From Nitrospina sp. (GTDB lineage Bacteria; Nitrospinota; Nitrospinia; Nitrospinales; VA-1): 64,000 nt of DNA. Numbering within the stretch: position 1 is the first letter of the stretch; every line of letters starts with the position of its first letter. The stretch lies in the NCBI GenBank assembly GCA_018702695.1, contig JABIYR010000177.1, positions 17,415-81,414 on the forward strand, in the 5' to 3' direction. The notes beneath the pieces were generated by a model. That model had not been told where the DNA came from and ran no database searches. It was given only the letters and a program-made list of their open reading frames with translations. This document shows, one piece after another, positions 20,347 through 29,661 of the stretch. The translations under genes were made by a program, and so were the position numbers.

Positions 20347-21225
20347 CATAGCGCTTAACAAGCCTTACGTCGTTACACTGGGCGGCTGATTTGCGGTTTT
20401 AATGTTTGCTTTAGGTATAGAATGATTTGAAATATGCGAGGTTACTTTTTCTTCGGAGGCTTCTTAAGGTTAAAAGTGCGAAAAAATTTATATAATGAAC
20501 CTACACCTTCGCTTCCGTATAAACCTAAGTCTCTAAAGTAATCGTATTTCTCTTATATTTCCCCAATCCCCATCCCTTAATGAGAAAGCAACTGAACAAT
20601 GGGTAATGTATCTCAGGATTAAATGGGTCTGCTGTAATAGCCTGACTCAAGTCCTTAAGATATGCATCATCGCCTTTTAATTGAGTTTTTCATGACTCTC
20701 TAGCAGGCTACACTGTTGTTATCACAGATACCCATAATGCATCCTGTGTTAGTTTGTCCATGATTTAGACGATACCCCCCCCATTCCTAATTTGTTTACA
20801 CCAGAAGAACTAACTGTAAAAATAAATATCAATTTGTCATTGGGCTTGAAATTTTAAAGCAGAGTCAATGTTGGATTTCGTTTCTAAATTGGAGACTTAG
20901 CATGAAACCCCACTTGTCCTTAGATTTTAAAATAAATAGGCACGGTTATTGCTTTAGTCTGTATAAGGACGTAACTAAATTGTTTTTTTATTCGGAAACA
21001 GAATTAAACATTGAGATCAAAATGATGTCTTGTACCTACGGGAACCATCACCCCATTGATACCAAGATTCTTATCGATAGGTGAAATAATAGAAGAAGTT
21101 TATGGGATTGATGGATTTGTGGTTCAGTAAATACGTGCATACGTTAATTCGCCATTGAAATTTCTAGTAAGTTAAAGGTTTTAATGCAGTAAATAGGAAA
21201 ATATCCATTATGACTATAATTCAGA

Positions 21226-22626
21226 ATGACAATGGCGAAACATAAACTCAATACAGTTAAAGTATTCTTGCTTTATTTTTCATTTTTTCTTTCCAATCAT
21301 CCTTCAGTTTCTTCATCAGCGGAGACTAAGGAAGACCTGTTGACTTTCGTCAGTGAAACAGAAAAGCTAATAGTCTTGAAAGCAGACGATAAAAAATCGG
21401 TTCCTTGGGTTGAAAGAATCAATTTTTCCGGGAGTCTGTGGGAGTATTTTATTTATCAAAAGAATAATTATTTTGGCACAACCCAGGACAGGTGGCTTGA
21501 ATCCGTCGGCAGGTTGGGAATGGAAATGGGTTTAACCGATCAGTTATCCGTTCAACTCCAAGGCACCGGGCAGGCTATAAATGGAGATGCTGATAATTAC
21601 GATTTAATCTTAAAGGACAAGTTGGAATTCGAGTTAGATCTGGCCAATATTACCTATAAAAATATCTCAGGAGCACCTCTATCAATTACTTTGGGCAGGC
21701 AGGATCTTAAATTTGGCGATGGGTTTTTAATCTATGATGGGTACTACGACACCGTTGCCCTGTGGTTGACTCCCATCACCAGTTTCAACGCGGCTAAATT
21801 GAACTTCAGCCCAGGGCCCTTTTCATTTGACTTATTTTATGCAGAAACAATTGTTGATTCACAAAACTTTGAAGCTGTGCTCGTGGATGGTGTTGGGTTT
21901 TCCGGGGACAGAAGCTTATGGGGGCTAAACTCAAATTTAAAAACGAAAGATTTGGGTGAATGGGATCTAGGTATTTTTATCGTTGATGACAAATCTGCAA
22001 TCGACAGCGATACAGCAGCTTTAAGTTTACGCGGAACCTATCAAACTCAAACCAACCCCACATTTACTTTGACAGGGGAAATCGTTTCAGAATTTGGAAC
22101 CACAAATGCTAAAAACCATTCCCTGTCAACGACATCCCAGTATCGAGAGGCTGTAGGTGGGCATATCGATGGCACATTGAGTTTTAATGAAGTTGCATTT
22201 TCTCCTTATCTCAAAGCTCGCTATTCACACTTCCCCGGGGATGACCCCACAACTGATGTCAATGAAGCGTTTGATCCTTTGTTTTTCAAAAATGATGAAT
22301 TTGGTACATGGGGAGCAGGTGATATCAATAGTTATAATCTATCAAATACCAATGAGCGTGTAGTGATGGCAGAAGTGGGGTTATATCCTACTGATACAAC
22401 TATGTTTAGAGCACAACATTATTTTTTCTGGTTGGAAAAAGAAGTCACTGCAGGGGCAGGGAAAAAATGGTCAGAGGAATTAAATCTAATATTCGATTGG
22501 TATCCTAATGATACCTTTTTTGCGGGAGCGGAGTTCGGATGGGCAAGACCTCTAAAAGCCGCAAAAGATTTATTTGGGAATAGGAATACAACTGAGTTTG
22601 TCACATGGGCCGGTGTACAATTTTAA
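21226..22626 (+). CDS. Outer-membrane beta-barrel porin-like protein (alginate-export/AlgE-like suggested)
   Basis: 466 aa with a signal peptide. The sequence is rich in alternating aromatic/Gly/Thr residues. The motif LGRQDLKFGDGFLIYDG recalls the alginate-export family. The C-terminal TWAGVQF (terminal Phe) is typical of BAM substrates. Confidence 0.6.
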   Translation: MTMAKHKLNTVKVFLLYFSFFLSNHPSVSSSAETKEDLLTFVSETEKLIVLKADDKKSVPWVERINFSGSLWEYFIYQKNNYFGTTQDRWLESVGRLGMEMGLTDQLSVQLQGTGQAINGDADNYDLILKDKLEFELDLANITYKNISGAPLSITLGRQDLKFGDGFLIYDGYYDTVALWLTPITSFNAAKLNFSPGPFSFDLFYAETIVDSQNFEAVLVDGVGFSGDRSLWGLNSNLKTKDLGEWDLGIFIVDDKSAIDSDTAALSLRGTYQTQTNPTFTLTGEIVSEFGTTNAKNHSLSTTSQYREAVGGHIDGTLSFNEVAFSPYLKARYSHFPGDDPTTDVNEAFDPLFFKNDEFGTWGAGDINSYNLSNTNERVVMAEVGLYPTDTTMFRAQHYFFWLEKEVTAGAGKKWSEELNLIFDWYPNDTFFAGAEFGWARPLKAAKDLFGNRNTTEFVTWAGVQF

Positions 22627-22644
22627 ACTTCCACTAATTATCTG

Positions 22645-24921
22645 ATGTTATTAAAAACAAAAATTTTATTATTGCTAGCGGGGCTTTTTAGTGGGCTACT
22701 GTTCGTGAATTTGTTCATACTTTCTGTTGTTATTTCCCCCATTTTTGGAGAATTAGAAACCCGTGAGGCAAATAAGAATATAGGGCGGGTAATAGATATT
22801 TTGGAATCTGATATTAAGGCTGTAGATTCATTCGTTTATGATTGGGCGGCTTGGGATGATACTTATTTTTATGTCAAGGACAGAAATCAGGCCTATGAGG
22901 ACGCAAATTATATGCCCGAATACTCTGCAACTCAAAACCACGATTTATATTACATCTGGGATTTAAAAGGTCAGCCCATCCTGAATAAAGCTTTAAATGA
23001 AGAAGGGACTGCTTACGTTGCATTCGATGGTTTTCCGACGGAGGGCCTGCCCGAAACACATCCTTTTCTCACCTTGAATTCAGTAAGTAGTAAGTTCTCC
23101 GGCCTGATCCAAACCAGACGAGGCCCAATGATAATTGCAGCTCGCCCTATTGTTGGTTCCTCTATGAAGAAACCTGTCAATGGGATATTGGTCATGGGCC
23201 GGTATTTAGATAATGACCTTATTAAAAATATCACCCAAAGGTCTCGCTTAGAACTGGATATTTGGTCACTAACAGGGGAATCGTCACTGAATATCCCCAA
23301 GGAGGCCCCGAGAAATCTTAAGATGGGGGATTCAGAAAACGTTTTTGAGCAAGGTGGGAAAACTATTTTTGTTTATTCTTCTTACTCCGATATTTTAGGG
23401 AATCCTGGCATTCTTTTGCGGGTTTCCATGCCTCGAGATATTATTGTGCAAGGTAAGTCAACTATTGCAATTGGGATTTGGTTGGCACTGTTATCTGGAA
23501 TACTCATAATTTTAGCCCTTTACTTTACCTTGCAACGGCTCATCATATCTCCTCTTTCTGTAATTACTAAAGATACTGTTCGCTTTGGTAAGCATGAAGA
23601 TTTTACTCATCAACTTCCTTTGGCTCGTAAGGATGAATTGGGATTACTTGCACAGTCAATTCTGAATGGAATCAAAGAACGAGATCAGACAGAGAAAACT
23701 TTAATTGAGAAAAATAAGTCCCTTGAAGAGGTAAAAGAAGAATTAATTAGGTCTAAAGAAATTGCCGAGAGTTCCAAAGCGTTTGCTGAAAAAGCTAACA
23801 ATGCTAAATCTGATTTTCTTTCTAGAATGAGTCATGAATTACGTACTCCCTTGAATGCTATATTGGGATTCACACAACTCTTGCAGATGGACTCAAGAAA
23901 CCCATTAGAAGGTTATCAGAAGGATGACCTTGAGCAAGTATCCTCAGCAGGAAAACATCTTTTAGATCTAGTAAGTGAAGTACTGGATCTTGCAAAGATA
24001 GAATCTGGGAAAGTGAACTTGAAGATAGAAACAGTCAATATTATTCCAATTATTGATGACGTGATATCCGTAATAGAACCTTTGGCTACTGAAAATGAAG
24101 TATCGCTTACGTGTCAAGAAGTCTTAGGCGGAATATGTCTTATTAAGATTGACAAGCTCCGATTTAAGCAAATCATATTAAACTTAATTTCAAATGCCAT
24201 AAAATATAATAGGTCCAAAGGATCTGTTGTCGTTTCTTTTGAAGCACAGGTCAACGATAAGATGCGTATAGGTGTTAAGGATACTGGATATGGCATTCCT
24301 GATGATATGAAAGGTCTAATTTTTCAGCCTTTTGAACGTTTTGGCAACGAAACTGTTCAAGGTACTGGTATTGGATTGACTATATCTAAAAATCTAGTTG
24401 AAATGATGGGTGGAACTATTCATTTCGAAAGCATGGCTGGAAAGGGAAGCTTTTTTTACATTGACTTGGCTATATCCAAAGTACCGACGGAACCATTAAA
24501 AGTTCCCAAGATATCTGAACCTGTTAGTACTCCTCTAAAACGCAACGAAAAAAGAACGATCCTTTACGTTGATGACTATCTACCTAATAGGAGTTTAGTG
24601 GAAGCTGTCATTAAGGGACTTTCCAATACTGACCTTTTATCAGCTTCCAATGCAATAGAAGGAATTGAACTGGCTCAAGTAAAAAAAACAGATTTGATTT
24701 TGATGGACATTCATATGCCCGGTATGGATGGAATAATGGCGTTCAAAAAACTACAAACACTAGAAGAGACCAAAGATGTTCCCGTTATTGCTTTGACGGC
24801 AGATGCCAAAGCCGAACTTAGATCCGAACTTTTAGAGCTGGGGTTTAAGGATTGCCTCACGAAACCGTTTAATATTTCTGATCTCCTTAACGCTATTGAA
24901 AGTAACTATCGTCTAACTTAA
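22645..24921 (+). CDS. Hybrid sensor histidine kinase with CHASE4-like periplasmic domain
   Basis: 758 aa with two TM segments flanking a domain containing FVYDWAAWDDTYFYV (CHASE4-like). Also a HAMP/coiled coil, the H-box SHELRTPLNAILGF, the N-box ISNAIKYN, the G-boxes DTGYGI and GTGIGL, and a C-terminal receiver (ILYVDDY...DLILMDIHMPGMDG...ALTADA). Confidence 0.9.
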   Translation: MLLKTKILLLLAGLFSGLLFVNLFILSVVISPIFGELETREANKNIGRVIDILESDIKAVDSFVYDWAAWDDTYFYVKDRNQAYEDANYMPEYSATQNHDLYYIWDLKGQPILNKALNEEGTAYVAFDGFPTEGLPETHPFLTLNSVSSKFSGLIQTRRGPMIIAARPIVGSSMKKPVNGILVMGRYLDNDLIKNITQRSRLELDIWSLTGESSLNIPKEAPRNLKMGDSENVFEQGGKTIFVYSSYSDILGNPGILLRVSMPRDIIVQGKSTIAIGIWLALLSGILIILALYFTLQRLIISPLSVITKDTVRFGKHEDFTHQLPLARKDELGLLAQSILNGIKERDQTEKTLIEKNKSLEEVKEELIRSKEIAESSKAFAEKANNAKSDFLSRMSHELRTPLNAILGFTQLLQMDSRNPLEGYQKDDLEQVSSAGKHLLDLVSEVLDLAKIESGKVNLKIETVNIIPIIDDVISVIEPLATENEVSLTCQEVLGGICLIKIDKLRFKQIILNLISNAIKYNRSKGSVVVSFEAQVNDKMRIGVKDTGYGIPDDMKGLIFQPFERFGNETVQGTGIGLTISKNLVEMMGGTIHFESMAGKGSFFYIDLAISKVPTEPLKVPKISEPVSTPLKRNEKRTILYVDDYLPNRSLVEAVIKGLSNTDLLSASNAIEGIELAQVKKTDLILMDIHMPGMDGIMAFKKLQTLEETKDVPVIALTADAKAELRSELLELGFKDCLTKPFNISDLLNAIESNYRLT

Positions 24922-24943
24922 GGTTTGAGGACATTTTTTAGTA

Positions 24944-25093
24944 TGGATGTTGAAATCAAAAATGCAAGGATACTTATCGTCGATGACGAGCTAAAGAATG
25001 TTGATTTACTGGAAAAAACTTTGTTTAGGAATGGGTATCAAAATTTAAAATCTACTTCAGATCCAAGAGAGGTTCTCACGATTATTGCTTGAT
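24944..25093 (+). pseudogene. Truncated response-regulator receiver fragment (49 codons)
   Basis: Too short for the ORF track. Hand translation gives MDVEIKNARILIVDDELKNVDLLEKTLFRNGYQNLKSTSDPREVLTIIA-stop. This is the first third of a REC domain: the acidic pair DD is present, but the phospho-acceptor Asp and the remainder are missing. The downstream sequence does not continue REC in any frame that I could read. Confidence 0.65.
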
Positions 25094-25255
25094 TACTGCC
25101 GTTATGCCGTAAAAAATATCTGTGCTGCCTGAAAATTGCCGGTGCAATACTGTGAGTGAATCGAGGGTTTAAACATCACAGCACTCTTTATGGCATTTTC
25201 AATGTTGGCACAAAAACTATTGTCACTCTCTTCTAGTATTTGTTAACCTGACCTC

Positions 25256-26044
25256 ATGTCAGTCTCTCATAAAAAATATTTTTATATTCTTCTCCTGACT
25301 GGTTTGTTGCTATTCCCTTCTATTGGGTTTGCGGGCGATATTTCTGCTTTGGTTGCCAAGCGTATCAGCCATGACGGCAAGACTTTGGACCTCAGTGGCT
25401 TGAAGATTGGCACGGCGGGGGCCAAACAACTTGCTAGCATGGAGGCTCTCGCCGGGATCACCTCTTTGCATCTGCAAGGGAACAATATTAGGGCGCGGGG
25501 CATGAAAGCGCTGGCGAAGTCTCCGCATTTGGCTGGGTTGAAGCATTTGGATGTCTGGGGCAATTTGCTCGGTGATTTGGGTTTGAAGGCCATCATTGAC
25601 TCGCCTTATCTCACGCAATTGGAAACTTTGAAACTGTGGAAAAATGAGATCGGCGATGATAGCATCGCGCTGTTAGTGCTTTCGAAGAATTTCTCGCATC
25701 TCAAGACTCTCATGCTGAACGAAAATTTGATCACCTCTGAAGGGGTTGCAATGCTGGCCTCGGCGGATGTTTTTCCGCAACTCGCCACGTTAAACTTATT
25801 CAGCAATTCGGTGGATGATGAGGGGGCGTTGGCTTTCGCTGGCTCGCAGAACTACTCGAATTTGGAATTATTGTATATGGGCCAGAATGCGATAACCGAC
25901 CCGGGAGCGATTGCTTTGATCGAGTCGCCGTATTTTCCGCAATTGAAGGTTCTCGATTTGGCCATGAATGCATTGGGTGAGGCCACAGCGATGGCGGTCT
26001 TTAAGTCCAATCGTAAGGGAAGCTTGCAAATCATTTATCGTTGA
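25256..26044 (+). CDS. Secreted ribonuclease-inhibitor-type LRR protein
   Basis: 262 aa with a signal peptide (YFYILLLTGLLLFPSIGFAGD) and about eight 27-aa units (e.g. LNLFSNSVDDEGALAFAGSQNYSNLEL). Same repeat type as 8727-9635. Confidence 0.85.
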   Translation: MSVSHKKYFYILLLTGLLLFPSIGFAGDISALVAKRISHDGKTLDLSGLKIGTAGAKQLASMEALAGITSLHLQGNNIRARGMKALAKSPHLAGLKHLDVWGNLLGDLGLKAIIDSPYLTQLETLKLWKNEIGDDSIALLVLSKNFSHLKTLMLNENLITSEGVAMLASADVFPQLATLNLFSNSVDDEGALAFAGSQNYSNLELLYMGQNAITDPGAIALIESPYFPQLKVLDLAMNALGEATAMAVFKSNRKGSLQIIYR

Positions 26045-26070
26045 AAAGCTATCCTATTGAGGTGTGAATC

Positions 26071-28206
26071 TTGATTATGGCGCAATTTCTTATATTAAGA
26101 GTCCTGTTCTTTCTACTCGTTATTTCTTCTACTGCTTTTGCTTTTCTCCCTAATCACGATGTGGGAGATGGCAAACCTGCCACGTCTGTAGTACTGACTC
26201 TGGTCGATGGCATTGCGGTGGATCGGGCTGGCAATATCTACCTATCACATCGCTCGAAAAACCGTATTCGTAAAGTTTCTCCCGATGGCATCATCACAAC
26301 GATTGCTGGCAACGGCATAGCCGGATATTCTGGCGATGGCGGCCCGGCTTTAGAGGCGGCTCTTAACTTCCCCGCTGGTTTAGCATTGGACGAACAGAAT
26401 AATTTGTTCATTGCTGACCGCAACAATCACCGCATTCGTAAGGTCACGCCGGATGGCATTATCAGCACCGTTGCGGGAACGGGGCAGGCAGAGTTTGGCG
26501 GGGACGGGGGGCCGGCTTTAGAAGCGCAACTTCATCATCCCTCTGATGTGGAGGTGGCATCGAATGGAGAGCTTTATTTTTCTGATCGCTCCAATCATCG
26601 AATTCGTAAGGTCAACCAAGATGGCATCATCAGCACGGTTGCGGGGCAGGGTCAATTAGGTTTTGGCGGTGATTTTGGCTTAGCTACCAATGCTTTACTG
26701 AAGTTCCCCTTTGGAATCGCTTTAGATAAAAAAGGTAATTTATATATTGCCGACCGAGGTAATAACCGCGTGCGTAAGGTGGATGTGCGTGGGTTCATCA
26801 CCACACTTGCGGGCAATAGCATGCATTCGTTTGGTGGCGATTATGGCCCCGCTTCTCATTCCGACTTGGCTTACCCCACAGATATGGTGGTGGACGATGA
26901 GGATAATATATATATTGCTGACCGCAATAATCATCGTATTCGCAGGGTTGATCGGCAGGGGGTTATCACCACGTTCATGGGAATGGGCAAGACCGACTTT
27001 AATGGCGATAACGAAATTGCCCCAGAGACCCGTTTGCATCTTCCTTTTGCTTTGGCGATTCACCCTGACCACAAATTGTTAGTGGTGGATCGATCGCATC
27101 ACAGAATCCGCAGTGTTGGTTTGAAGGATTATCGGGTGACAACGGTGGCGGGCAATGGCAAGTCTCTTTTTAAAGGTGATGGTGGGCCGGGGCCGGGGGC
27201 AACTTTGAACACGCCTTCTGGCATTGGGGTTGACAGTCATAACAATATTCTGTTTGCCGACATGCAACACCATCGTATTCGAAAAATTGCTCCAGATGGC
27301 ATTATTACAACTTTTGCTGGCAACGGTCGAGAAGGCAATGAAGGCAATGGCGGTAAAGCGTTGTCAGCCGCTTTGTTCATGCCTTCGACTCTTGCCATCG
27401 ACCGTGACGATATAGTTTATGTGGTGCATCGCCTCGGCAATGGCTGGGTGATTCGAAAAATAGATGCGGCGGGCACGATCACGCATTTTGCTGGCAACGG
27501 TCAGCAGGGCAGTGATGGCGATAGTGGGCCAGCGACGGAGGCCTCGTTTTATACGATCAGTGATATCACAACCGATAAGGCGGGCAATGTCTATGTTTCG
27601 GATGCGACCAGCCGTTCGATTCGTAAAATAGGCAAAGATGGCATCATTCATAAGGTGTTGGATGAAAGCCAAGCACCCAGAGCGGAAGAGTTTCACCCCA
27701 ATAGTGTTCGCGTTGATGATGCGGGGACGCTTTATTTTTCTGATTCGGGTAGTAGTCAGGTTGGCAAATTGAGCGTCGATGGTGTATTTCAAATTGTTGC
27801 TGGAACGGGGGAGTTCAAGGACGATGGCGACGGGGGGCCGGCTTTGTCTGCGGGCATACGCTCTCCGGGTGGTTTGCTATTTGGCCCCGCTGGCGCTCTC
27901 TTTATTGCGGAAGAGCAAACTGCCAAGATTCGTAAAATTGATGCGAACGGCATTATTACGCAAGTAGCGGGAACAGGGGTGCAAGGTTTTTCTGGCGATC
28001 AAGGGCCAGCGCGTCAGGCGCAGGTTAAAAGCCCGTTCAGAATGGTTTTTGATGCACAGGGAAATTTGATTTTCACCGACCGTGACAATAATCGAATCCG
28101 TAAAATAGATAGGCAAGGCATTATTTCCACCCTTGCTGGTCACGGTAACTTCGGTTGGATGCAAGATGGTTTGGAAGTCAAAATCACTGTACAAGACTTT
28201 CCTTAA
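26071..28206 (+). CDS. Secreted NHL-repeat protein (about 12 repeats, probably two six-bladed propellers)
   Basis: 711 aa with a signal peptide. Repeated units of about 56 aa of the form DGIITT(I/V)AGNG..G(Y/F)(S/G)GDGGPA..A.L..P.G(L/I)A.D..GN(L/I)(Y/F)IAD..NHRIRK(V/I). The track start is TTG 26071; the ATG at 26077 is an alternative. Confidence 0.9.
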   Translation: MIMAQFLILRVLFFLLVISSTAFAFLPNHDVGDGKPATSVVLTLVDGIAVDRAGNIYLSHRSKNRIRKVSPDGIITTIAGNGIAGYSGDGGPALEAALNFPAGLALDEQNNLFIADRNNHRIRKVTPDGIISTVAGTGQAEFGGDGGPALEAQLHHPSDVEVASNGELYFSDRSNHRIRKVNQDGIISTVAGQGQLGFGGDFGLATNALLKFPFGIALDKKGNLYIADRGNNRVRKVDVRGFITTLAGNSMHSFGGDYGPASHSDLAYPTDMVVDDEDNIYIADRNNHRIRRVDRQGVITTFMGMGKTDFNGDNEIAPETRLHLPFALAIHPDHKLLVVDRSHHRIRSVGLKDYRVTTVAGNGKSLFKGDGGPGPGATLNTPSGIGVDSHNNILFADMQHHRIRKIAPDGIITTFAGNGREGNEGNGGKALSAALFMPSTLAIDRDDIVYVVHRLGNGWVIRKIDAAGTITHFAGNGQQGSDGDSGPATEASFYTISDITTDKAGNVYVSDATSRSIRKIGKDGIIHKVLDESQAPRAEEFHPNSVRVDDAGTLYFSDSGSSQVGKLSVDGVFQIVAGTGEFKDDGDGGPALSAGIRSPGGLLFGPAGALFIAEEQTAKIRKIDANGIITQVAGTGVQGFSGDQGPARQAQVKSPFRMVFDAQGNLIFTDRDNNRIRKIDRQGIISTLAGHGNFGWMQDGLEVKITVQDFP

Positions 28207-28296
28207 ATTTCATGCTCCAACTGGTTATTCCTAGATTTTCTCCCTTTATTCTCAAAGGTGACTTATGCAAAGCCCTCCCACTTGATAAAGGTGTAG

Positions 28297-28305
28297 TGTT
28301 ATAAT
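28297..28305 (+). promoter_or_regulatory. Possible extended -10 promoter element for proA
   Basis: TGTTATAAT (TGnTATAAT) lies about 45 nt upstream of the proA ATG. There is no good -35 at proper spacing. Confidence 0.3.
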
Positions 28306-28350
28306 TCTAGAGTTACGGGTTTGTTTTATATCAAAAGGATTTTAATTGTT

Positions 28351-29637
28351 ATGAATGTTACTGAAATAGCTAAAAATGCCAATGCTTCGGCTGTGGTTTT
28401 GGCGCATCTCTCTGCCGACTTAAAGAATCAGGCTTTAACCCATATGGCGGATGCTTTAGAGGAGAATTGTGCCTCAATTTTATCGGCCAATGCGCAAGAT
28501 TTAGAGTTTGCCAATACCGAGGGCATCTCGAAAACCTTGATTGCGCGGTTAGCTTTGAATGAAGAAAAGGTTCGCGGCATGGCCAAGGGCATCCGCAGTG
28601 TTGTGGCTTTACCCGACCCGGTTGGTAAAATTAAAAATGTCATGGAGATGGATGATGATCTGGTAGTCAAGCAGGTGACTTGCCCGATAGGAGTGATTGG
28701 GGCGATATTCGAATCTCGTCCTGATGCAGTTCCGCAAATTTCCTCTTTATGTCTGAAGTCTGGCAATGCAGTGATCTTAAAAGGCGGCAGTGAAGCGCAG
28801 AATTCTAACAAGGTGATCGTCAATATTCTCGTTGAAGCAATCAAGAAAGTGCCCGGCGTTCCGCATGCATCGATTCAAATGATCGAAACGCGAGCCGAAG
28901 TGGGGGATATGCTCAAAGAGGATAAATACATTCATCTGATGATTCCTCGTGGTAGTAATGATTTTGTGAAATACATTCAAGAGAATACGCGTATACCTGT
29001 TCTTGGGCATTCTGAAGGTATTTGTCACGGCTATATCGACAAATATGCCGATTTGCCGAAAGCCACGCGTGTTTGTCTAGATTCAAAACTGCAATACGCC
29101 GCCGCTTGCAATGCGATGGAAACTTTATTGATTCATCAGGATATTGCGGGGAAGGCTTTGCCTGATTTGGTGGCAAAATTTAAGGAAAAGAATGTCGAGG
29201 TGGTGGGTTGTCTTAAAACCTGCCAATTGACTAAAGACGTGGCTCCTGCTTGCGAGTCGGATTGGAATTTGGAGTACAACGATCTCAAAATTGCCATTAA
29301 AGTTGTCGAAAATTTTGCTGACGCGGTTAAATTTATCAATAAACACGGTTCAGGGCACACGGATGTTATCATTACTGAAAATAAAGAGCGTGCCGAGCAG
29401 TTTTTAAATGAAGTCGGTTCTGCCAGTGTAATGTGGAATGCATCCACACGTTTTGCCGATGGCTTCCGTTATGGGTTAGGGGCTGAGGTGGGGATAAGCA
29501 CGAACCGAACCCACGCCAGAGGGCCTGTCGGGTTAGAAGGTTTGATTATTTATAAATACAAATTATATGGCACGGGCCAGATTGTGGCGGATTATTCCGG
29601 TGAAAATGCTCGTGAATTCACCCATAAGCCTTTATAG
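28351..29637 (+). CDS. proA: Gamma-glutamyl phosphate reductase
   Basis: GAIFESRPDA and the catalytic-Cys region AACNAMETLLIH. The ATG at 28351 (MNVTEIAKNA) is preferred over the track's TTG at 28321. Confidence 0.93.
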   Translation: MNVTEIAKNANASAVVLAHLSADLKNQALTHMADALEENCASILSANAQDLEFANTEGISKTLIARLALNEEKVRGMAKGIRSVVALPDPVGKIKNVMEMDDDLVVKQVTCPIGVIGAIFESRPDAVPQISSLCLKSGNAVILKGGSEAQNSNKVIVNILVEAIKKVPGVPHASIQMIETRAEVGDMLKEDKYIHLMIPRGSNDFVKYIQENTRIPVLGHSEGICHGYIDKYADLPKATRVCLDSKLQYAAACNAMETLLIHQDIAGKALPDLVAKFKEKNVEVVGCLKTCQLTKDVAPACESDWNLEYNDLKIAIKVVENFADAVKFINKHGSGHTDVIITENKERAEQFLNEVGSASVMWNASTRFADGFRYGLGAEVGISTNRTHARGPVGLEGLIIYKYKLYGTGQIVADYSGENAREFTHKPL

Positions 29638-29661
29638 ATATTTGCGGGCTATACGCAATCG

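Noticed and set aside
20525-20689. Met-less 54-codon open frame with a faint TPR-like flavour (minus strand)
   Set aside because: The resemblance is subjective, there is no start codon, and I cannot verify it without a homology search. It is not reported as a feature.
20902-21084. 60-aa ORF in the gene desert
   Set aside because: It has no recognisable domain, RBS or neighbours. It is kept only as a note inside the gene-desert finding.
25282-25618. Two overlapping antisense ORFs of about 100 aa within the second LRR gene
   Set aside because: Same repeat-driven artefact as above. The sense-strand LRR reading is far better supported.
26071-28206. Regular DNA periodicity (NHL ~168 bp; LRR ~81 bp; coiled coil 93 bp) as possible CRISPR or satellite arrays
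   Set aside because: All of these periodicities lie inside long open reading frames and translate into recognisable protein repeats. There is no repeat-spacer structure and no cas genes.
20347-28206. Mobile genetic element or genomic island with defined ends
   Set aside because: No integrase, transposase, tRNA attachment site or flanking direct/inverted repeats could be found. Only compositional spot counts and a truncated gene hint at horizontal acquisition.
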